Shown one piece after another: positions 9,436-18,454 of a DNA stretch of 64,000 bases (within the stretch, counting starts at the first letter, position 1; every line of letters starts with the position of its first letter). The notes beneath the pieces are model-generated. The model was not told where the DNA came from and ran no database searches. It saw only the letters and a list, made by a program, of their open reading frames with translations. The position numbers and the translations under genes were made by a program. The DNA is from Euryarchaeota archaeon UBA557 (lineage in GTDB: Archaea > Thermoplasmatota > Poseidoniia > Poseidoniales > Thalassarchaeaceae), in assembly GCA_002503285.1 (NCBI GenBank), contig DARI01000009.1:9049-73048 (forward strand), given 5' to 3'.

Positions 9436-9870
9436 GTGATAATTATCCTCGGAAATGATATGAATGAGGCCAATGCGCCAAATTATAAAATCTGGGGGTT
9501 TCTCGGAATAGCACTTTTATTGAATGCAAGCATACTAAAAATTTCATTTCTAGGGCCATGGGATTCAAAATCATTTACACTTGGAATATTTGGTTTAATT
9601 GGTATTTGTTTTATTTATATCTCTTGGTACAGGTTTACCTTTAAGAATAATGGATTAATACCTTGGATGGATAACTGGCAATATCCGGCTAAATCAGCAA
9701 AATATGAATTATTAATTGGCATCTTTACTATTATTTTAGCAGGATTAACTGGCAATATTATTCCTCAATTACCAGATCCAACTGGATTAATATTGGCACT
9801 AATCGGTACGCTAATGGCCTTAAATTCAATTTATGTATTGTTGAGCCTAGGTCCTTTAAGAGATAATTAA
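9436..9870 (+). CDS. hypothetical multi-pass membrane protein
   Basis: Four hydrophobic stretches. No motif recognised. Confidence 0.5.
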   Translation: MIIILGNDMNEANAPNYKIWGFLGIALLLNASILKISFLGPWDSKSFTLGIFGLIGICFIYISWYRFTFKNNGLIPWMDNWQYPAKSAKYELLIGIFTIILAGLTGNIIPQLPDPTGLILALIGTLMALNSIYVLLSLGPLRDN

Positions 9871-10407
9871 TTACCTATTCCCAGGTTTCCAAAATTGTAG
9901 GGGTAAAGCGTTATTACCTTTCATTACTCTAAATGCCAAATGATCAGCTCTCTCATTCCATCTATGACCTATATGGGCACGAACATGCTCACATTTTATC
10001 GATTTAATTGACTCAACTTCCGACCATAATTGTTGTACTCTCAAAGCCAACTTTCGATTAGCTTTAGCTTTCCAAATTCCTTTTGCAATATTCATTGCAT
10101 ATTGAGAATCACCTCTAATAATTGCAGGCCTATTTGATTGATCCAATAATAACCACCTGAGTGCATATGCAATAGCGCTCAACTCTGCAGTATTATTTGA
10201 TCCAACATCCGCCCCGAGAAAATTTTTTAATTTGGAATTTGTCTCTACTTTACCACTTTCTTCATAAATTAAATTACCTTGGCCTTTACCTATTCCATTA
10301 TCGCCATCTATGACGCAAAACCCCCATCCAGCCGAAGTATCCGATGTTACATTTCTGTTATCTTCACAAGATCCATCAACATAGAGATATATTGGATTAA
10401 AATCCAT
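9871..10407 (-). CDS. rnhA: type 1 ribonuclease H (RNase HI)
   Basis: 'YVDGSC', 'NNTAELSAIAYAL', 'GDSQYAMN' and 'HIGHRWNERADHLA' give the DEDD catalytic pattern. Confidence 0.85.
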   Translation of the reverse strand: MDFNPIYLYVDGSCEDNRNVTSDTSAGWGFCVIDGDNGIGKGQGNLIYEESGKVETNSKLKNFLGADVGSNNTAELSAIAYALRWLLLDQSNRPAIIRGDSQYAMNIAKGIWKAKANRKLALRVQQLWSEVESIKSIKCEHVRAHIGHRWNERADHLAFRVMKGNNALPLQFWKPGNR

Positions 10408-10410
10408 AAC

Positions 10411-10803
10411 CTATTCTCCAATCAATTCCTCATATGTGTTGGAATCCAGCAAACCTTCTAGTTGAGTTACATCATCAATTGTCATTTTACAAATCCAACC
10501 GTTACCGTATGGATCAATATTAATGGTTTCAGGGGCATCTTCTAGTAATTCATTTACACCTGTTACAGTGCCTGATATTGGGGCATATATTTCACTAACA
10601 GATTTTACTGATTCCACACTAGCATAAGAGTCCATTGCATTAAAATGAACATCTATTTCAGGTAATTCTACCCATACTACATCCGTAAGTGCATTCTGAG
10701 CAAAATCTGTAATTCCAACTACGATTTCATTACCATCAATTCTAATCCATTCATGTTCAGCAGTATATTTCAATTCACTTGGTATGTTACTCATCGCACC
10801 CAC
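10411..10803 (-). CDS. gcvH: glycine cleavage system H protein (lipoyl carrier)
   Basis: 'YTAEHEWI', 'VGITDFAQNALTDVVWVELPE' and 'VESVKSVSEIYAPISG' (lipoyl-Lys block). 130 aa. Confidence 0.92.
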   Translation of the reverse strand: MGAMSNIPSELKYTAEHEWIRIDGNEIVVGITDFAQNALTDVVWVELPEIDVHFNAMDSYASVESVKSVSEIYAPISGTVTGVNELLEDAPETINIDPYGNGWICKMTIDDVTQLEGLLDSNTYEELIGE

Positions 10804-10850
10804 TCTCTATTTAGAGGAAGGCATAGAGAAAGTCAAGTTTTCGCTCATCA

Positions 10851-11207
10851 CTATTCCTCTCCGTGTTTACTTTCAAGATGTTCAATTTCCATTTTTGCCC
10901 ATGAAGACCCTAAATTAGCCACATCTGATTCATGATATTCCTCATTTAATCTTTCACGCATTTCTATATCTAATTCTTTACTAAACCATTTATCTAACTT
11001 ATTTGAATACTTTAAAACTAATAATAATAAACACAAAAATACAGTTAAAAATATCAATACAATTGAAATAATATAATTATTACAAATACCATTTTCGCAT
11101 TCTTTTATTAGGAAATTATTATCAATAAAAGTAATTGAAATTAAAAAAACTAAAGGAATTATGACTCCCAATAAAACTCTTTCCAATCGTCTAGCGGCAG
11201 AGTCCAT
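10851..11207 (-). CDS. hypothetical membrane protein
   Basis: Two hydrophobic segments and a charged C-terminus. No motif recognised. Confidence 0.45.
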   Translation of the reverse strand: MDSAARRLERVLLGVIIPLVFLISITFIDNNFLIKECENGICNNYIISIVLIFLTVFLCLLLLVLKYSNKLDKWFSKELDIEMRERLNEEYHESDVANLGSSWAKMEIEHLESKHGEE

Positions 11208-11248
11208 GGCCTACCCCGGGGGCTCCTAATCAATCAACTTGCCCTGCA

Positions 11249-11800
11249 TTAATAAATTTCTTTTATTAATTTATGAATTTTATATGGTAGTAAAGCCCTA
11301 TTTACAGGTGTTACTTCCAAAATCCTCCCATCATCGCGTCTTCTGATGTCCTGGAGTAAAGGGTGCCTGCTCTTTTTATGTAATGTCAATAGCGTAGGCA
11401 TATCATATTCTAGAGCTGTTCTGACCGCTGCAACAAAACCTTCACTTTCAACTGAAAACTTACCAACTTCATCAATCACTAAAATCTCACAGTTACCTAT
11501 ACTATCCAATATAGCAGGAACAGCAACTCTGTCAAGTTCTGTAGGATCAATTCCGAACCCCAAAATCCTCAATCTTGAATCTATATTTCTGTGTGCCATT
11601 ATTCCTTTTTCACCTGTTTGAATATTAACACATGCATAACCAACTCTTTCTCCATTTTCTATTATTGGCTCAGTCTTTATTCCTCCAATCATTTTATCCG
11701 CTGAAAATCCACTTCTTGTTCCTGAATTGCCATTTTTTCTTTCTTCAATAATCATATTGATTACTTTCTCGAGAACGGCTGACTTGCCAGATCTTGGCAA
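11249..11800 (-). CDS. THEP1-like nucleoside-triphosphatase (P-loop NTPase); true start probably upstream at a non-canonical codon
   Basis: 'GLPRSGKSAVLEKV' Walker A and 'LVIDEVGKF' Walker B. The called TTG start cuts into the P-loop strand 'KIGITG', which is encoded in frame just upstream (see finding). Confidence 0.75.
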   Translation of the reverse strand: MPRSGKSAVLEKVINMIIEERKNGNSGTRSGFSADKMIGGIKTEPIIENGERVGYACVNIQTGEKGIMAHRNIDSRLRILGFGIDPTELDRVAVPAILDSIGNCEILVIDEVGKFSVESEGFVAAVRTALEYDMPTLLTLHKKSRHPLLQDIRRRDDGRILEVTPVNRALLPYKIHKLIKEIY

Positions 11801-11963
11801 ACCAGTTATTCCAATTTTTGGATTTATTCCTATAATATCACCTCAATGGTCGCTTAGCCACAGCGCTACCAATAGGGGCACATACTGCAAAGGTATTAAT
11901 CAGTTTCATTAAAATATTATAATTACTGTCACAGACCGGAATTTAAAATCGGTTCTTAGGAAA

Positions 11964-14006
11964 TCAAACATCCCTTTTATTGCCCTTAAACGATAATGAG
12001 GAAACAATTTTTGGAGTAGGAAATGGTAAACCAGCAATTTCATAATTATTTACATTATTATTTGCAGCCCAAACTTTTGACCATGTATTCAGAGATTCTG
12101 AATTTAGATGATTTACTATCGTATTCAAACCTTCATGTAAGGATCCAAATTCTTCTTTGAGGACGTTACAGGTTTCTTTAGGAATCTGCAAATAATTTAC
12201 AGAATTACCAAGAACACAATTTCTAGGAACAACGCTCCATAATAAACGTCTCTTTAGCCCTGAATTGACTACAGCCTGACACGCAATCCTAGGAATTTCA
12301 TTATTTTTAACATCTCCTACCCACATTGATTGATGTGCTTGCATTGATTCTTGATCATAATTGTCATCAAATGCAGGATGATCAATTATCACTTTATTAC
12401 CATCTAATTTAAAATGATTACTTCTAATCAACGGTACTCCTGTATTTTCAAATTGCCAATTAATGATATTAAAATTATTACTTTGATCAATTTCTCCAAC
12501 CCTTACTCTGATACTCTTTCCACTTTGATTTAACCAGCAATCTTCTTCACAAAGTCTAGGTTGATCAGCAAGATCGTTAATTGCTTTCAAAGATAAATTT
12601 CTTTCATATGTGTCTCTAGGCATCTTAGGAACAGCCCATGACGCATCAGTCCATGTTGACCAAGGACCTCTTTCAAGTTCTAGGAACGGAGCTTTGGAAC
12701 TAAGTCCATTATTAGATAGATCACTCAATTCTAGGGGACCAAAACTAGTCAAAACCTCTGTCCTTCCTCCAACAATTACTCCGATTACTAGGACTCCTTG
12801 AGAAATTCCTGGGAAGATTTTTTGACTATCTGAAAACGACCATGCAGATTCCCAACGATTTTTAGAAACAAGTATTTTTCTCAAAGGTATACTACTTTTT
12901 TCTCTGAGTAAGGAATCAGGCACAACCATTGTTACTTTACCATCTTTTTTTGTTATTTGGAGTGCACGTTCCACATATAATCGATATAAGTTGACATTTC
13001 CTTTTAGGGCTGAAAATCGAAGCACTCCATCTTTTCCAGAAATAACCTTTAATTCATTAGACATTTTTTTACGTAGTTCACTACCATTTTCTTCATTACG
13101 AAATTTATCCTTTATCCTAACCCATGGGGGCTTAGAAACTAATAATATTGGCTCATCATTCCACGGCCACTCGCCTCTTAGCAAGTCATCACAAACAACA
13201 TTCTTTTCTAAAATATTTTCAGCCATTGATCTACTTATTTGACCATCAGTTTCTATGTCGGGACTAACTAATCCAAGTTTGATTAAAACTATTAGTAATC
13301 GTTTTCTAGTTATTTTGACGGACATCATGGATGAATCCATTAATTGTAATCCATTTAGAAGCCTCTTGGTATCTTCTTTTTGTTGCTTTTGATTCAAATC
13401 TTCGCACCTTTCAGAGTGAATTCTAAACATTCTTTCTGGAAATATTCCAGCACCCACAGCTGGATCTGCAAATGGAATTGGAATTCCAGTTTTAGTTTCA
13501 TTTTCGCTGACCTCATAGGTCTCTGATGAGATATCAGATTCTTTCTTCACCTCATTATTCATTTGTTCAGCATATGCACGAAATCCGGGAGGCAATGCAT
13601 CGAGAGAAATCGTTGCCAATGGTTCTTTTTTCTTTAATTTATTAGTATTTTTAAATTCATCTGCTAATATCATATCAGCAAATTTGGCAGGCATTATCGT
13701 AACTCCTTTTACTGACCTACCATCTTTTTCTGCCTCATTTCTAGAAACTAACTGGTCTAATACTATGCCTGGATCAGATATTAATCCTGCAGGGAGACCC
13801 GGCCAATTATTAGGAAGCCCAGTAGAAATCGGCACGTCATCTATTACTGATTTTTCCCAAGCTTCAATCCAAATCCCAATTTGTTGGTCTCTATCTTGAC
13901 ATGTCCCGTCTAGCCTAGCAAACCATCCAGAAGTCTCATTAACCATGATAAACAATAAGTCTAACTGTATTATGGCTTTGAAGGATTGTATTCTATAATC
14001 ATTCAA
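11964..14006 (-). CDS. Eco57I-like gamma-class N6-adenine methyltransferase-like protein with a C-terminal specificity-like region
   Basis: Motif I 'FADPAVGAGIF' (nt 13440-13466). Motif IV-like 'LLVSKPPWVRIK' (SKPPW at nt 13122-13136). 'NLYRLYVERALQITKKDGKVTMVVPDSLL' block. Confidence 0.7.
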   Translation of the reverse strand: MNDYRIQSFKAIIQLDLLFIMVNETSGWFARLDGTCQDRDQQIGIWIEAWEKSVIDDVPISTGLPNNWPGLPAGLISDPGIVLDQLVSRNEAEKDGRSVKGVTIMPAKFADMILADEFKNTNKLKKKEPLATISLDALPPGFRAYAEQMNNEVKKESDISSETYEVSENETKTGIPIPFADPAVGAGIFPERMFRIHSERCEDLNQKQQKEDTKRLLNGLQLMDSSMMSVKITRKRLLIVLIKLGLVSPDIETDGQISRSMAENILEKNVVCDDLLRGEWPWNDEPILLVSKPPWVRIKDKFRNEENGSELRKKMSNELKVISGKDGVLRFSALKGNVNLYRLYVERALQITKKDGKVTMVVPDSLLREKSSIPLRKILVSKNRWESAWSFSDSQKIFPGISQGVLVIGVIVGGRTEVLTSFGPLELSDLSNNGLSSKAPFLELERGPWSTWTDASWAVPKMPRDTYERNLSLKAINDLADQPRLCEEDCWLNQSGKSIRVRVGEIDQSNNFNIINWQFENTGVPLIRSNHFKLDGNKVIIDHPAFDDNYDQESMQAHQSMWVGDVKNNEIPRIACQAVVNSGLKRRLLWSVVPRNCVLGNSVNYLQIPKETCNVLKEEFGSLHEGLNTIVNHLNSESLNTWSKVWAANNNVNNYEIAGLPFPTPKIVSSLSFKGNKRDV

Positions 14007-14608
14007 TTTTCAAGTCCAAATATATCTTGATCGATTTCTATTATCATTTTTTTCTGAAGTAAAATAGAAATAGCCTCATCTATTTCTTCCTCTTTAATTG
14101 CAAGTGGAATAAATTGTTTTAATAATTGTTTAAAGTGAATAACCATTTTCCCAGATGATTTTTCATTTTCCATAAATGCCATGATGTGTTCAGCAACTAT
14201 TGCAAGTAAAGGATCATCATCAAAATCTAATGCTCCAAAATCAACCATCGGTTCTCTATGTTGATCTTCTGTATTTTGTTCTACAACATCAGTCGTTTCA
14301 TAAACATCAAATAAATTCCGTTGGTTGGGGTCTGATAGAACAATATTATCGGCAACCTCGCGCTGTCTCTTCAGCCTTTTTACCAAAGTTTCAATCCTAT
14401 GAAGCCTCTGTTCTAGTCGCAACCTCTCTCTTCCTAGATGGCTTTCTACTAATTCTAATTCTTCTCCTGCCCTTTCATCAAGCCAATTTGATAAATCCCA
14501 GTTAGGATCTAATCGCAACATAGTTTCCCAAAGTCTAGCTACAGAATCTGGAAGGGCATTAGCATCAATCCGAGAAACATCTTTTTCATCGCGCGCTTCT
14601 TTCTCCAT
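14003..14608 (-). CDS. hypothetical acidic coiled-coil protein (possible C-terminal winged helix)
   Basis: 'RERLRLEQRLHRIETLVKRLKRQRE' heptad-like stretch. Its stop overlaps the downstream MTase-like TTG start (TTGA). Confidence 0.55.
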   Translation of the reverse strand: MEKEARDEKDVSRIDANALPDSVARLWETMLRLDPNWDLSNWLDERAGEELELVESHLGRERLRLEQRLHRIETLVKRLKRQREVADNIVLSDPNQRNLFDVYETTDVVEQNTEDQHREPMVDFGALDFDDDPLLAIVAEHIMAFMENEKSSGKMVIHFKQLLKQFIPLAIKEEEIDEAISILLQKKMIIEIDQDIFGLEN

Positions 14609-14679
14609 ATGCTCCCATCATCATCGACCGTCTATGAATTATACCATTGTAATTTTTTAACAAATTAAGAGTTGCATTG

Positions 14680-15897
14680 ATGAATGATGAACGTTTGCCT
14701 ACCGATATGTCCGAGTATCGTTTAACAGTTCTCCCCGGCGATGGTTCTGGAAAAGAAGTAACCAAGGAGGCACAAAAAGTTATACAAGTATTCCAAGATT
14801 TTAGCCCCCTATCATTTGACATAACTGAAATTCCATGTGGGGGTGAATACTATCAAGAAACTGGTTTAGAGTGGCCTGAAGGGTCTTTTGAACATTGTAG
14901 AGATAATTCTGACGCAATATTATTGGGGGCCATAGGATGGCCAGGTGCCAAACTTCCTAATGGTGATAATGCTGGAGGGCAAGTAATTCTTGGTCTTCGT
15001 TCCGGCTTAGATTTGTATGCAAATATTCGACCTGTAAAATTATATGATGGAGTTTTACATAAAATTCATGGTAAACACAAAAAAGTGTGGGATTCAAAAG
15101 TAGTCAATATGGTCTTAATAAGAGAGAATACTGAAGGTTTGTACCATGCATTACTTCGTCGCTCAGCTCTAGCTGCAGCTGGAAGTAAGAAAGATGACCC
15201 AATAGTTATTGATAATTTCCCAGGTTTAGAGGGAGAAGTCGCATGGGATGTTAGGCCAATTTCTAGAAAAGGTAGTCAAAGAGTTATTAATTTTGCATTC
15301 GATTTAGCAAATAGGCGTGGAGAGAAAGTTGGAAAGAAACAAAAGGTAACCTGTGTTGATAAAAGCAATGTTACAAAGGGATGTAGACTTTTTAGACAGA
15401 TATTCAGAGAAATAGCTTCTAAATATCCAGATTTAGAAACTCATGAAGCATATATCGATGCTTTTACAATGTGGTTGATACGAAGCCCCGAAGATTTAGA
15501 TGTTGTAGTACTTCCAAATATGTTCGGAGATATTGCTACAGATTTAGCATCAGTACTTCAAGGAGGATTAGGGATGGCTGCAAGTGCGAATATTGGAGAT
15601 AATCATATGCTTTTTGAACCAGTTCATGGCTCCTCACCATTACATGCAGGTAAAAATATTGTAAATCCAATTGCTACAATCACATCAGTTCAGTTGATGT
15701 TTGATAATCTAGGTGCAAGGCATCAAGATTCCGATGCAACTCTTTGTGCTGATATTCTTGATAGAGCAATCGCCGAGCATCTTTCCGAAGGTGGTCCGGT
15801 AACATATGATCTTGGAGGCAATGCTTCGACATCTGATGTAGGGTCTGCAATCGCTAAACGCTGTGAAAAAATACTCAAAGAAACATTTGATAGTTAA
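14680..15897 (+). CDS. isocitrate/isopropylmalate dehydrogenase family protein (IPMDH/tartrate dehydrogenase-like)
   Basis: 'LPGDGSGKEV', 'LIRENTEGLY' and 'NMFGDIATDLASVLQGGLGMAASANIG' family blocks. ATG at 14680. Confidence 0.85.
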   Translation: MNDERLPTDMSEYRLTVLPGDGSGKEVTKEAQKVIQVFQDFSPLSFDITEIPCGGEYYQETGLEWPEGSFEHCRDNSDAILLGAIGWPGAKLPNGDNAGGQVILGLRSGLDLYANIRPVKLYDGVLHKIHGKHKKVWDSKVVNMVLIRENTEGLYHALLRRSALAAAGSKKDDPIVIDNFPGLEGEVAWDVRPISRKGSQRVINFAFDLANRRGEKVGKKQKVTCVDKSNVTKGCRLFRQIFREIASKYPDLETHEAYIDAFTMWLIRSPEDLDVVVLPNMFGDIATDLASVLQGGLGMAASANIGDNHMLFEPVHGSSPLHAGKNIVNPIATITSVQLMFDNLGARHQDSDATLCADILDRAIAEHLSEGGPVTYDLGGNASTSDVGSAIAKRCEKILKETFDS

Positions 15898-16046
15898 TCA
15901 ATTAACAGTGCCGAACCAAATTCGATATATTTTTCGACTAGTAAAAATTTAAAAATATTCCTAACATTGTTCTGAGTGGCCAATAATTTAGTATATACAA
16001 AAACTATGCATCTCCAATCTATAATTATGGTGTGCAATATTAATTA

Positions 16047-16631
16047 TTACATTTGTGCAGCAATTTTCTTAACAACGTAAGGCACTAATCCGATTTGGAA
16101 TAAAAATATCCCAAAAAATCCTACGGTTAATAAAAGTCCTCCCAAAACTGGAACGCTTTCGATAGAAATCGCCCCCAATAAAAGTATGACTAAAATACTA
16201 CCAAAAACTGCAATTGTTTCAATAATCATTTCAGCAGAAGCCTTCCAAGTTGCCATATAATTCATCCTTAGGCCGTCTGCTTTACCATCAGCTAATGCCA
16301 TAGAAACAGGATAAACCATAATTTGTATCGAACCCACAACAGCTACGAAGCCGGCGATTATAAGAAGTAACCCTAAAAGAATTGGTTGATTGCTCGCCGA
16401 TCCTATGACAAATGCAATTGTCATGGCAATAATTATCAATAAAATAGCAGGAATCATGGCAAGAATCGTTACTGCTCCATATTTAAGTATACTTAATCCA
16501 GCAGTAAAATCCAAACCCCTATTATTTATGGGCATAGCATCCTGCTCAACTAATATTGGAGTACTCTGTGGCGCTGGTTCCATATTTTCATTTACAAAAA
16601 CTAATTCGCTATCCGATTTTTCTTCTTCCAT
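16047..16631 (-). CDS. hypothetical multi-pass membrane protein
   Basis: Acidic N-terminus followed by at least four hydrophobic helices. No motif recognised. Confidence 0.5.
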   Translation of the reverse strand: MEEEKSDSELVFVNENMEPAPQSTPILVEQDAMPINNRGLDFTAGLSILKYGAVTILAMIPAILLIIIAMTIAFVIGSASNQPILLGLLLIIAGFVAVVGSIQIMVYPVSMALADGKADGLRMNYMATWKASAEMIIETIAVFGSILVILLLGAISIESVPVLGGLLLTVGFFGIFLFQIGLVPYVVKKIAAQM

Positions 16632-16710
16632 GTATGAAATTATATTTTTATTATATATATAAATTTTTTTATAAAATATAGATCTTCTACCTCAAAAACT
16701 AAAATTATAG

Positions 16711-17304
16711 ATGATTTATAAATACATAATGAAAAACCTGGGACACCGTCTTGGCGCCTCCGGTACTCCTATGGAAAATACTCTCCAAGGGCTCCGAAAC
16801 TCTCTTCATTTAGTTTCAAATCCTAGATTTAAGTACTGGGAATTTGATATTCATGAATCAAAAGATAATATTTTATTCCTATTTCATGATGATATTATAA
16901 ATATAAATAATTCAAGAGAAGAATTAAAGCACATGAAATTTATAGATATCAAAGCCGCAGGAATAGAAAATAACATCAATATTCCTACCTTAGATGAGAT
17001 AGTTCTAGAATTATTTCCAAGATCGGAAAAAATTATTATAGAAATTAAAAATATTATATCTGATAAATGTCGGACTAAAATAATAGAAACAGCATCAAGT
17101 ATCCCAAATTGTAAAATTATGATTACTCCAAATCGCTTTGACGTCGTATTTCCATCAGAAAATAGAGATTATTGGCATAATGAATTTAATAGAAATAGTA
17201 TCGAATTAATTATGGTAGGGCGTCATAAAGTTGATATGTTTAAGACTTCAAATAAACTCTTTGGGAAATATCTATTAAAACCGAAATGGTTTTTTGGGGT
17301 TTAG
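16711..17304 (+). CDS. glycerophosphodiester phosphodiesterase (GDPD)-like protein, short
   Basis: 'GHRLGASGTPMENTLQGLRNSL' and 'EFDIHESKDNILFLFHDD' resemble the GDPD 'HRG..ENT' and 'E.D......V..HD' blocks. Confidence 0.6.
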   Translation: MIYKYIMKNLGHRLGASGTPMENTLQGLRNSLHLVSNPRFKYWEFDIHESKDNILFLFHDDIININNSREELKHMKFIDIKAAGIENNINIPTLDEIVLELFPRSEKIIIEIKNIISDKCRTKIIETASSIPNCKIMITPNRFDVVFPSENRDYWHNEFNRNSIELIMVGRHKVDMFKTSNKLFGKYLLKPKWFFGV

Positions 17305-17362
17305 TCAATTTTCAAAGTTTAGGGCACCCTAAATTTAAAACATAATCTCATTTGGGCGTGTT

Positions 17363-18445
17363 ATGAATGAACGCAAAGGGATTCAAGATTTATCTAAATC
17401 ATTAAAATTTTTAGAAGAACAGGCGACTTTTACAAAGGCAATAATAATTACAGGATTAATAATCTCTGCATCTGTATTATATCTTACATTTAATGTAAAT
17501 TATGATGAATGTGAAGATGAAAACAACTGTCTTATTATAGCGTTTGAAGTCAAAGATACCTATTTAATATGGGATAAAAATCCGCAACATCTTGCAGATA
17601 AGTTACATATATTAACCGGTATGGATGTGGAAATTTATCCTGTTTCGAATTCAGGTGCGGCTATTGAAGCAGTTGACAAAGGAAATGCAGATTTGGCGTT
17701 TTTGGATGGAGCAGCTGCATGGCTGGCATGGGAGGTCTACGATCTTGAAGTTCTAGCCGCTGAACAAAAGGCAGATGGTAGAGTATATTATAATGCAACT
17801 GCATGGGTCAAATCTGATTCAGATATGGCCAACGCCTACTTCGATGATGACGAGTCTACAGATCCATTTGCATTAATGGAAGGCAAAACATCTTGCCATA
17901 CGGGTTGGTTAAAGAGTGCTGGAATGTTAATACCAATGGGATATCTCATTGGAAATGGTTATGCCGAAGTTATTGGCAATCCTAATGAGATTGAATCTTT
18001 ACGAAACACTGTTACCAATTTTTTCTCTGAAGAATCAAGTATCCCAGAAGGAGGTACTCAATATTCATCTTATAAAGGGGCATTAAGATGTCTTTCTGAT
18101 GGAACAGGAGATGTTGCACTTGTGAAGGATTCAGTAATCAATTCATATTGTACTGGCTCCAGTGCTGAAAGTTGGTGTCTAGAAGAGGATGAATATGTCA
18201 TGCTTCCTGCCTTTGGACAGGCCCCAAGTCATCCTGCGGTGTATAACCCTGAATATATGAATTCAGAGAAAATTAAATTAATTCAAGATGCTTTAGTGGC
18301 ATTAAATAATGACAATGATGGAACCCAAATTCTTAAGGATTTATTGAATACAGATGGAATGGTAATTACTGATGCACAAACGCATTTAGGGACATATGGA
18401 GAAGCCGTTTCAAATGTACCTGGAATTCAGGCATTTTTTAGTTGA
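17363..18445 (+). CDS. membrane-anchored single-lobe transferrin-family protein
   Basis: N-terminal TM 'AIIITGLIISASVLYLTF'. Transferrin blocks: 'KTSCHTGWLKSAGMLIPMGYL', 'VYYNATAWVKSDS', 'YKGALRCLSDGTGDVALVKDS', 'APSHPAV'. Confidence 0.75.
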   Translation: MNERKGIQDLSKSLKFLEEQATFTKAIIITGLIISASVLYLTFNVNYDECEDENNCLIIAFEVKDTYLIWDKNPQHLADKLHILTGMDVEIYPVSNSGAAIEAVDKGNADLAFLDGAAAWLAWEVYDLEVLAAEQKADGRVYYNATAWVKSDSDMANAYFDDDESTDPFALMEGKTSCHTGWLKSAGMLIPMGYLIGNGYAEVIGNPNEIESLRNTVTNFFSEESSIPEGGTQYSSYKGALRCLSDGTGDVALVKDSVINSYCTGSSAESWCLEEDEYVMLPAFGQAPSHPAVYNPEYMNSEKIKLIQDALVALNNDNDGTQILKDLLNTDGMVITDAQTHLGTYGEAVSNVPGIQAFFS

Positions 18446-18454
18446 GGTATTGTT

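Noticed and set aside
11214-11222. GC-rich palindrome CCCCGGGGG in the short spacer between the THEP1-like gene and the 118-aa membrane protein gene
   Set aside because: It is too short and has no loop, so it cannot form a meaningful hairpin. It likely just forms part of the Shine-Dalgarno/5' UTR context. No second copy was noticed.
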